From positions 1 through 11,624 of the forward strand of contig JBHLPL010000061.1 of NCBI GenBank assembly GCA_048939465.1: a stretch of DNA of 11,624 bases, read 5' to 3'. The position numbers and the translations under genes were made by a program. Within the stretch, counting starts at the first letter, position 1; every line of letters begins with the position of its first letter. Origin of the DNA: Promethearchaeota archaeon (GTDB lineage Archaea; Asgardarchaeota; Odinarchaeia; Odinarchaeales; JBHLKK01). Shown in pieces: positions 1 through 5,847 of this stretch. Under the pieces are notes generated by a model. That model saw only the letters and a program-made list of their open reading frames with translations. It had not been told where the DNA came from and did not search any database.

Positions 1-1
1 G

Positions 2-250
2 GAGTATAAGGAAGAACTTGAAAAGAAAGCGTTTGAAATTCTTCATAGTATTCCTTCTCATCTCCGTGGAGGACGTAATCCCTATATTTTTGCGGCTGCA
101 ACCATCTATACTGCTGACCAGAAACTTGCCAGGGAGACGGGAAAAATGTACATACTGACTCAGAAAATCATAGCAGAGATAACAAAAGTTGCAGAATATA
201 GTATTCGTGATCACTTTTGCTCCCTATTAAAACCGAGGATAATTCAATGA
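2..250 (+). CDS. 3' end of a TFB/TFIIB-family (cyclin-fold) protein, 5'-truncated by the window edge
   Basis: Hand translation of frame 2: EYKEELEKKAFEILHSIPSHLRGGRNPYIFAAATIYTADQKLARETGKMYILTQKIIAEITKVAEYSIRDHFCSLLKPRIIQ*, stop TGA 248-250. It matches the second cyclin repeat of TFB (G-x-x-P...AAA-x-x-Y...TQ-x-x-x-A...E-x-x-I/V-R). Not in the ORF track. Confidence 0.8.
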   Translation, partial: EYKEELEKKAFEILHSIPSHLRGGRNPYIFAAATIYTADQKLARETGKMYILTQKIIAEITKVAEYSIRDHFCSLLKPRIIQ

Positions 251-327
251 TCTGCAAAGATCATCAAAACCCCCTCTATTTTTAACACCCAAAAGATGTG
301 GTACCCTTGTTATCTACCTACCTAAAG

Positions 328-335
328 CTTAAATA
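328..335 (+). promoter_or_regulatory. Candidate TATA box (CTTAAATA) for rps17e
   Basis: Archaeal TATA-like sequence in the TFB-like/rps17e intergenic region, about 55 nt upstream of the start codon; motif match only. Confidence 0.35.
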
Positions 336-390
336 CTGCAAAACTTTACTCAAAACGTCAAAAGACTTTCAGCTAGGCGAGGTAATGCCT

Positions 391-600
391 TTGGGCAAAG
401 TGAGAACAGAAGTCGTAAAACGATATGCACATGAAATCCTTAGCTCATACCCTGAGCGTTTCACAACTGATTTCGAGAGCAATAAGCAGAAACTCGTCTT
501 GATTGCAGAAATCAAGTCCAAACGTCTTCGGAATCGAATCGTAGGTTATATAACACATCTGGTCAAAATCAAAGAGACTCAAATCGGAGTCGTTGAATGA
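391..600 (+). CDS. rps17e: 30S ribosomal protein S17e
   Basis: (M)GKVRTEVVKRYAHEILSSYPERFTTDFESNKQKL...KSKRLRNRIVGYITHL is the S17e signature. TTG at 391 gives the canonical MGKVR start with SD GAGGT at 379-383; ATG 385 is the alternative. The ORF-track start at 298 is an over-extension. Confidence 0.96.
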   Translation: MGKVRTEVVKRYAHEILSSYPERFTTDFESNKQKLVLIAEIKSKRLRNRIVGYITHLVKIKETQIGVVE

Positions 601-613
601 AAAATGCAACATC

Positions 614-619
614 TTTTTT
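614..619 (+). terminator. Possible oligo-T terminator after rps17e
   Basis: TTTTTT 13 nt after the stop codon; archaeal intrinsic terminators are oligo-T tracts. Confidence 0.3.
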
Positions 620-688
620 AGGTAAATGCTTTTTAAGATTAATTTGAATTCGCTCCGGTGGTGTAGTCCGGTCAATCATCAGGGGCTC

Positions 689-713
689 AAGGCTGGAAAA
701 AAAGCCTGCCCAA
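689..713 (+). other. tRNA intron 1 (25 nt, position 34/35, inside the anticodon)
   Basis: BHB-like motif: central helix GGGC(683-686)/GCCC(708-711), bulges TC^A (687-689) and AA^T (712-714), intron helix AGGCT(690-694)/AGCCT(703-707). The outer helix is only G682-C715, so the motif is relaxed. Confidence 0.85.
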
Positions 714-731
714 TCGCCCCCTGGACCCGGG

Positions 732-767
732 AAATTAACCAAAAAGTAAATCTGGTTAATTCGGGAA
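732..767 (+). other. tRNA intron 2 (36 nt, position 53/54, T arm)
   Basis: BHB motif: central helix CCCG(726-729)/CGGG(762-765), bulges GG^A (730-732) and AA^T (766-768), 9-bp intron helix AATTAACCA(733-741)/TGGTTAATT(753-761), outer pairs G724-C770 and A725-T769. Confidence 0.9.
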
Positions 768-794
768 TTCAAATCCCGGCCGGAGCACCATAAT

Positions 795-830
795 TTGAAA
801 AATGAACATTATGAAAAGATTTGTGAAAAA
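795..830 (-). terminator. Oligo-T tracts downstream of the pilin gene (probable terminator)
   Basis: The minus strand reads ...TTCTTTTTCACAAATCTTTTCATAATGTTCATTTTTCAAA after the pilin stop: three T4-5 tracts between the convergent tRNA and pilin genes. Confidence 0.4.
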
Positions 831-847
831 GAATATCGAAGACCCTC

Positions 848-1045
848 TTAGAAAGGCAAGAGATTTGCTATGGTTTCCATCAGTGAATTGATAGAATCGC
901 CAGCCCATCCAAGTATACCTAGTATGACCGTAACCAATATCGCTATTGCAAGTATAGAGAGACCTATGATAAGCCCCTCCTCTACGAGTGGCCCAGCTTC
1001 ATCATTCTTGAAGAACTCCTTCAATTTGCGCAGCAGTCTTTTCAT
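848..1045 (-). CDS. Flp/Fap-like type IVb prepilin (65 aa, predicted 47-aa mature form)
   Basis: MKRLLRKLKEFFKNDEAG|PLVEEGLIIGLSILAIAILVTVILGILG...: basic leader, F-x-x-D-E-x-G cleavage context as in Flp prepilins, Glu at +5, then a long hydrophobic helix. Lies at the end of a TadA/TadB/TadC-like cluster. ATG 1045 has SD GGGGA (1056-1052); ATG 1051 is the alternative. Confidence 0.82.
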   Translation of the reverse strand: MKRLLRKLKEFFKNDEAGPLVEEGLIIGLSILAIAILVTVILGILGWAGDSINSLMETIANLLPF

Positions 1046-1079
1046 CAACATTCCCCTATTCTATGTTCCTTTACCGAAT

Positions 1080-1087
1080 TATTTAAA
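1080..1087 (-). promoter_or_regulatory. TATA box (TTTAAATA) of a dedicated pilin promoter
   Basis: Consensus archaeal TATA in the 52-bp gap between the platform gene and the pilin, about 28-34 nt upstream of the candidate ATGs. Confidence 0.55.
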
Positions 1088-1103
1088 CTCCCAACAAGAC
1101 GCC

Positions 1104-1805
1104 CTACAACAGGAAAGTAAGAAATTCGTGGGCAATTAGATAAACAACCAAGTAGATCGTTAATGACAATACCACATGCAGTTCGATCTTCTTCATCTTT
1201 AACATCCTCATGTTTGCATATGTTGTCAGCAAACCAACTGCTCCAAATGTTATTAGAATGTACAGCTGATCAAAAGACAATATCTGCGTTAGATTGTATG
1301 TCGCAACCTCGCCGCTTAGAATGCTTAGCATTGAGAACCAAGGAGCCAGTGTCGTTATTATGCCAAAAATGCACGAAGAGACGATTACCAGAAACCTCAG
1401 TTTGAACTCTTGTGCACGAATAATGCTTTCTCTTTGAGCAACTAGTTGTTGATTTTCCCTTAGGTGAGTAACGATTGAGATTATTCGTTCACCTGAAACA
1501 TACGCATCCTTTTGTATGGATCTAACGACAATTCTGAGTAACCGCCTTGATTGAGGATTTACCAGAGTTTTCTCTAGCATCTGACATGCTTCACCAAGAG
1601 AAAGACCCTTTTCATACATTTTGGCCACAAATTCACCCAATATCTGCTTCAACGGACCGTTATACTGTCTTGAAGTCTCTCTGAATGCTTTCTCGGGACT
1701 CATCTTCCTCAGTAGCTTTTCTCCGAAAATAGCTAGAAAGTTGCCTAATTCTGTCATCTCCATTTTCGAATAATTATCTGTAGCCTTTCTTGTATTCTTT
1801 TTCAA
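1104..1805 (-). CDS. TadB/TadC-like (T2SS-F domain) pilus platform membrane protein, 233 aa
   Basis: Helical cytoplasmic domain (ELGNFLAIF...MSPEKAFRETSRQYNGPLKQILGEFVAKM...GLSLGEAC...SRRLLRIVVRS) followed by about three TM helices. TTG start with SD GGAGG in the end of the upstream gene. Adjacent to a secretion ATPase. Confidence 0.8.
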   Translation of the reverse strand: MKKNTRKATDNYSKMEMTELGNFLAIFGEKLLRKMSPEKAFRETSRQYNGPLKQILGEFVAKMYEKGLSLGEACQMLEKTLVNPQSRRLLRIVVRSIQKDAYVSGERIISIVTHLRENQQLVAQRESIIRAQEFKLRFLVIVSSCIFGIITTLAPWFSMLSILSGEVATYNLTQILSFDQLYILITFGAVGLLTTYANMRMLKMKKIELHVVLSLTIYLVVYLIAHEFLTFLL

Positions 1806-1807
1806 TA

Positions 1808-2635
1808 CTACTGTCCTCCCAGCAATCTCGTTTTGGTTCTCAACAGCATTCTATTGAGCGTGACGAGAAGAATTGCTTGTATGGGAATTAGTGAAAACAT
1901 AAAAACAGTGTTACCAAATCCCCACATAACAAGTCCCAGGCCTAATATGATCGGAAAGAAGATTCCTATGCCGACAAGTATCATGATTCTGCTTTCCACT
2001 TGCATCGTGAATTTGCTGTATTCCGATTGAATCTCCCATTGAGAATAGCTTGATAATTGCTTCAGCAATTTGCCTGAAACACTCTTAGTTGCAATGAATG
2101 TGATTAAATAGTCTCTTAATAGTTTGGAAGGCTGGGATAGGGCAAACTCAGTAATTAATTGCTCTGGGGGTTCCCCATGGTTTATCCGACATATCATTTC
2201 CTTGAATCGTGAAGACACATATGGATAGTTGCCCTCAGCTATGAATCGAACGGCATCGAAAATCGATCCAGTGGCACTTACTGTCATGAGAAACTCTTCT
2301 ATGATCAATTCTGAGTATTTTGCGATTGCAAGTTGTTCTTCCCGATATTTCCTTGGAAGAAGGCCTAAAAAATAACTATACCCTAAGAAAAACACAAATG
2401 GCATCAGAGATAAAGCGACGATCCAGTTAAAACACCCTACGATGGGTACCATAGCTGCAACAATCATACTTCCAAAGCCGATTGCTCCTGAGGATATTTC
2501 TCCTGGAGTCAGCTTTAGTTTCTTATAGTAATACTCGGCAGGAATGCTTAGTCTTTGAGGAGCTAGACGCTGTCCGAGGGTCTTTGCTGGCTCAAAAGAT
2601 GAGAAGAACCTACATATTTTGCTGAATCTATTCAC
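1808..2635 (-). CDS. TadB/TadC-like (T2SS-F domain) pilus platform membrane protein, 275 aa
   Basis: Two N-terminal TM helices, then the T2SS-F-like segment (EFLMTVSATGSIFDAVRFIAEGNYPYVSSRFKEMICRINHGEPPEQLITEFA), then two TM helices. The GTG start overlaps the ATPase stop (GTGA) and has SD GAGGA. Confidence 0.82.
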   Translation of the reverse strand: MNRFSKICRFFSSFEPAKTLGQRLAPQRLSIPAEYYYKKLKLTPGEISSGAIGFGSMIVAAMVPIVGCFNWIVALSLMPFVFFLGYSYFLGLLPRKYREEQLAIAKYSELIIEEFLMTVSATGSIFDAVRFIAEGNYPYVSSRFKEMICRINHGEPPEQLITEFALSQPSKLLRDYLITFIATKSVSGKLLKQLSSYSQWEIQSEYSKFTMQVESRIMILVGIGIFFPIILGLGLVMWGFGNTVFMFSLIPIQAILLVTLNRMLLRTKTRLLGGQ

Positions 2636-4785
2636 GAAACATCCTCCTCGATTTTTTCTAGGATCAGCTTTTTCAAGAAAGACCAGTTTATTTCACCGTG
2701 CTCTTGCAGGCCTTGTCTTAAAGAATATAAGCAATTGAAAATTCGTACGTTTTCATCAACGTTGAAGACACTCTTCTCTTTCATGACTCTGAAGATTTCA
2801 GAATATGTATTGATCTCTCGAGTAAAATCTTCTGGAGTGATGTTCTCATACTGCTTTATTTTCTGTACAGTTGGTGAGTCAAACAATCCAATTTTTGGCT
2901 CAATCTTGTCTAGTGCTGGATTCCAACGGTATATGTCTACCAATTCTATTTTTGGAGTCTTTGAAAGGTCGGTGTTTCTACCAGCGTCAATTTCGCAAAC
3001 GCGAACCAACCTACGCTTTGGCTCTCCGACTGATGTAAACCTCTTGACATGGAGTAACAAATCGAGTTCGCCAAAACAGACAGAGGGGATTTTATGGTGG
3101 ACGTTCCATCTTATCAATAGGTCCTCAGGAGACATGGCATGGCACGTCTGAAGGCCAGTAAGACCTGTAGAGATTGCACGAAACATTGCGGCCGAATCTT
3201 CTGGTGTCTGGATTTCTGAGATGAGAACCCAATCGGGAGATCGATGCAGTAGTTTTGTTATCTCTCTTGCTTTCCCTCCAGGGTTATCTTCTCCTTCAAA
3301 TGGTTTTACCTGAAAGCGTACTTGGTGTTTACCATAATCTGTTTGTGATATGCTTTCTATAACGTCCTCAACCGTTATTTTTCGCCATGAAGATGGAGTG
3401 AGCATGTCGATTGCATTTATTAAAGTAGTTTTACCAGCTCCTGGTCTGCCCAAAATCGTCATATTCCTTCTTCTTATGAGGCAAAAATATAGATAGGAAG
3501 CTGCTTCTTCTGTTAATGTGGAATTGGCTATGAGTTCAGATAGTGTGAAATGTCTTTTTCTAAGTTTTCGTATGTCCAGATGAAAGCCATCTGCGGCAAG
3601 GGGACCTATATCTACAGAGGCACGGATGTGAAAGCGTTTTGAGACAATCTCTGTTTTGAGTGATGGACTTAGCTCATCAAGCCTTAGTCCGCTTTTGGCC
3701 CGAAAATGTGTAACAAGCCTCTTTCTGTCCTCTTCTGACAAATAAATCGGAGTATTACATCTTCCCCACTTCCTATGATCTAGATAGACCGCAGAGTCGG
3801 GTGTATCCACATAAAACTCTTCTATTTTTTCATCAAGAAGAAAAGGCATAATTGTGCCTAATCCTATTGATTCAAAACAACCTAGTAGAGCTAATTCCTC
3901 GGCAAGCTCATCCGGAATTTCAGGGAACTTTTCACTCAAGAAGCGCATGGCTTCCTGTTTCTTAAGACCTATTAGTGCATCGATATCCAAGAACTCGTCT
4001 TCGAAAAGCATGGAAGCTGATACTTCTCTCAGCCCTCTTATCAGATCCAGAAATATCCCTTGAAACTTCGACTTTCCCGTTATTGCATCCACCAAATAAT
4101 ATAACTCAGCAGGCTTATTCTCCGACTCACATATCTTCATTGTATATGGACCGACTTCGTATTGGTCCATAATCGACCCTTTGCCTACAAGTCTCTCTGC
4201 AACTCTAGTCCTTTTTCTAGGAATATATCTGGGTGTTAGAAACAGACCATAGAGTGTTTTTCTTTCAGCTCTTCTCAAGGAAGGATCTAGTTTCAGGTAC
4301 TGCTGGATCAAGTCCGTTTTTTCCAATGTGTTCCTGATTCTTTCCAGGAATCTGGCATATTTTACATAGCAACGTTCGCATTTCTTCTTGGAAAGAGCAT
4401 AATTCAGATTGATTTCCCACACCAGTTCTGCGTGCGCTTTTATGGGATCTTGATATATCAACCCGTCTCTATCTGCTCCTATGAGGCCTTTGAGAAAGAA
4501 TCCTCTATTCTCATAACAGGAGCTTGAATCTGGACACTCTTTTGAGACTACATCTTCCTCAGAGATGCGCATGGAAGATATTTTCCTGGAGGCATTTGCG
4601 ATTTCTTTCAGCAACCTTACCTGATTCGATGTGAGTATATGGAGATATGAAGGTTTTTCAAAGACTATTTCGCTGACTTCTTCTGACGTTTCTATCAGAG
4701 ATCGAATGCATTGGATTGTGCACGGAATGCTATCTCTCAGGTCTGCATTGTTTGCGCACTCTTGACCTGCTCCGTCATGACACAT
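2632..4785 (-). CDS. VirB11/CpaF/TadA-family pilus assembly ATPase with a Cys-rich N-terminal extension (717 aa; true start may lie upstream)
   Basis: Walker A GRPGAGKTT, Asp box ITVEDVIE, Walker B region SPDWVLISE, His-box remnant QTCHA, N-domain motif FLLDEKIEEFYVD. Followed by two T2SS-F genes and a pilin. Confidence 0.93.
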   Translation of the reverse strand: MCHDGAGQECANNADLRDSIPCTIQCIRSLIETSEEVSEIVFEKPSYLHILTSNQVRLLKEIANASRKISSMRISEEDVVSKECPDSSSCYENRGFFLKGLIGADRDGLIYQDPIKAHAELVWEINLNYALSKKKCERCYVKYARFLERIRNTLEKTDLIQQYLKLDPSLRRAERKTLYGLFLTPRYIPRKRTRVAERLVGKGSIMDQYEVGPYTMKICESENKPAELYYLVDAITGKSKFQGIFLDLIRGLREVSASMLFEDEFLDIDALIGLKKQEAMRFLSEKFPEIPDELAEELALLGCFESIGLGTIMPFLLDEKIEEFYVDTPDSAVYLDHRKWGRCNTPIYLSEEDRKRLVTHFRAKSGLRLDELSPSLKTEIVSKRFHIRASVDIGPLAADGFHLDIRKLRKRHFTLSELIANSTLTEEAASYLYFCLIRRRNMTILGRPGAGKTTLINAIDMLTPSSWRKITVEDVIESISQTDYGKHQVRFQVKPFEGEDNPGGKAREITKLLHRSPDWVLISEIQTPEDSAAMFRAISTGLTGLQTCHAMSPEDLLIRWNVHHKIPSVCFGELDLLLHVKRFTSVGEPKRRLVRVCEIDAGRNTDLSKTPKIELVDIYRWNPALDKIEPKIGLFDSPTVQKIKQYENITPEDFTREINTYSEIFRVMKEKSVFNVDENVRIFNCLYSLRQGLQEHGEINWSFLKKLILEKIEEDVS

Positions 4786-4910
4786 GAACAGCAGTCTGTG
4801 TGATCTTCTACGACCTACTCTCTGGTTATCGATTTCTTCGAGCCTTTTTTCACACAGTGTACGTGCTGTTATTGTTATCTGTATCCCCTGTGGTAAAGTC
4901 CTTCTAGTTA

Positions 4911-4932
4911 TTATAAAAAGTCAACTTTGACT
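4911..4932 (-). promoter_or_regulatory. TATA box (TTTATAA, 4917-4911) with an abutting 14-bp inverted repeat AGTCAA-N2-TTGACT (4919-4932)
   Basis: Read directly: the plus strand 4911-4932 is TTATAAAAAGTCAACTTTGACT. The palindrome covers the BRE position of a promoter oriented toward the ATPase. Confidence 0.55.
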
Positions 4933-4958
4933 GAAAACGGCTCCCAACATAATTAGAA

Positions 4959-5294
4959 TTAGTGAAGCTGTAGATGCTTGCGTACTTCGCTATAGGTCAC
5001 CAGTCTAATCTTCCTTTTGTTCGCGTAGCTTCGTGCATGAGAACTAAAACTAGGGCCAACAACTATTCCTTGCTGGAGATCAGCCTTACCAATGGCACGG
5101 TCGAGTCTTAATAAAACGTTTACACCCACTGTTCTTTTCCAGTCTTTTACCACGACACCGTACAATACGTTCTCTCGTTCTTTTATCAGCAGATCGATGC
5201 TATACTTGTTCTTCATAATCCTGTCTTCTTTGACATTGTATCCTTGTGTTTCGAAAAACTCGATGGCTAGTTCTTTTAAGGATCGCTTTCGCAT
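4959..5294 (-). CDS. Small Mrr-cat-like PD-(D/E)xK-fold protein (111 aa), probably with a degenerate active site
   Basis: LKELAIEFFETQGYNV...IDLLIK...GVVVKDW...QGIVVGPSFSSHARSYANKRKIRLVT follows the Mrr_cat pattern (helix ending GY-x-V, acidic strand, x-x-K strand, G-x-x-V-x-x-x-x-F-S/T-x-x-A, I-x-L). Confidence 0.78.
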   Translation of the reverse strand: MRKRSLKELAIEFFETQGYNVKEDRIMKNKYSIDLLIKERENVLYGVVVKDWKRTVGVNVLLRLDRAIGKADLQQGIVVGPSFSSHARSYANKRKIRLVTYSEVRKHLQLH

Positions 5295-5445
5295 TTGCTG
5301 GTCACTCTTGTTATAATACGAAATCTTTGCTTATTAATTTAGCCTTTTGTCAAACTTAAGACACGCCCCTCATATTAATGAAAAGCAGGCGTAAGCAGGC
5401 AAAGTTACAAAACTGAGACAAGATAAATAGTGCTCACCAGATGCT

Positions 5446-5847
5446 CTACTCCGTCTTTTTAAGAATCTGAGGGACGTATTCCCCGATTATTCCGAACAGC
5501 AAATCGACCTTCTTCTCTATTTCCTCGATCTTATCTGTCATCGCTTCAAATAACTTCAAAGAATTCTCAACATTCTCAAGTCTTGTCAGAAGCAACTGTT
5601 CTTGGTTAGATATCGAATTCTTGGCGAGATTCTCTGAATCTTGTAATCCGTTTGTTTGTGTTTGCACTCCTTCAGGAGTCTCATCATTTCTTAACTGGGC
5701 GTCTATTAAACCGGTTTTCGCAAGGGCTTTGTCAATCCTGTTGTCTGAGAACCCAATATTCTGAAGCACCCCCTTAAGACCGCGTTTGCTCATGCCGTTT
5801 CTCAGCATAATCTCAACCATCTCTTCTAAGCTCTTCTTGACAGCCAT
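5446..5847 (-). CDS. Hypothetical protein: small N-terminal helical domain, polar linker, C-terminal coiled coil (133 aa)
   Basis: ATG abuts the upstream TAG (TAGATG) with SD GGAGGAG. N-terminus MVEIMLRNGMSKRGLKGVLQNIGFSDNRIDKAL; heptad-like C-terminus RLENVENSLKLFEAMTDKIEEIEKKVDLL. Confidence 0.8.
   Translation of the reverse strand: MAVKKSLEEMVEIMLRNGMSKRGLKGVLQNIGFSDNRIDKALAKTGLIDAQLRNDETPEGVQTQTNGLQDSENLAKNSISNQEQLLLTRLENVENSLKLFEAMTDKIEEIEKKVDLLFGIIGEYVPQILKKTE

Larger units (their letters stand above)
652..790 (+). tRNA. trnE: tRNA-Glu(CTC) with two introns (689-713 and 732-767); CCA is encoded
   Basis: Acceptor stem GCTCCGG(652-658)/CCGGAGC(780-786), A787, CCA 788-790. Archaeal Glu/Asp-type D arm GTGTAGTCCGGTCAATCAT. 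Anticodon stem AGGGG(681-685)/CCCCT(718-722). T arm CCGGG(727-731)-TTCAAAT(768-774)-CCCGG(775-779). After splicing the anticodon loop is CT-CTC-GC. Confidence 0.92.

Noticed and set aside
298-384. N-terminal extension of S17e in the ORF track
   Set aside because: It spans the putative promoter, and S17e homology begins at MGKVR with an SD at 379-383.
688-690. tRNA-Leu(CAA) with a canonical 37/38 intron
   Set aside because: No BHB in that register, no long variable arm, and a Glu-type acceptor and D arm. The 34/35 register gives a proper helix with two 3-nt bulges.
445-772. Minus-strand ORFs 445-675 and 569-772
   Set aside because: Antisense to rps17e and the tRNA; no recognisable features.
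838-845. GGGTCTTC shortly after both the pilin stop (minus, 845-838) and the atpB stop (10901-10908)
   Set aside because: Only two 8-mers at different spacings from the stop; compatible with chance.
4882-4895. Similarity between TACCACAGGGGATA (minus, 4895-4882) and TACCACAGAGGGGTA (plus, 7003-7017)
   Set aside because: The 8-bp core match is not at an equivalent distance from a TATA box; probably coincidental.
870-5316. Plus-strand ORFs 870-1139, 1163-1405, 1833-2030, 2735-3151, 3854-4063, 3975-4172 and 5092-5316
   Set aside because: Ser-rich antisense shadows of well-supported minus-strand genes.
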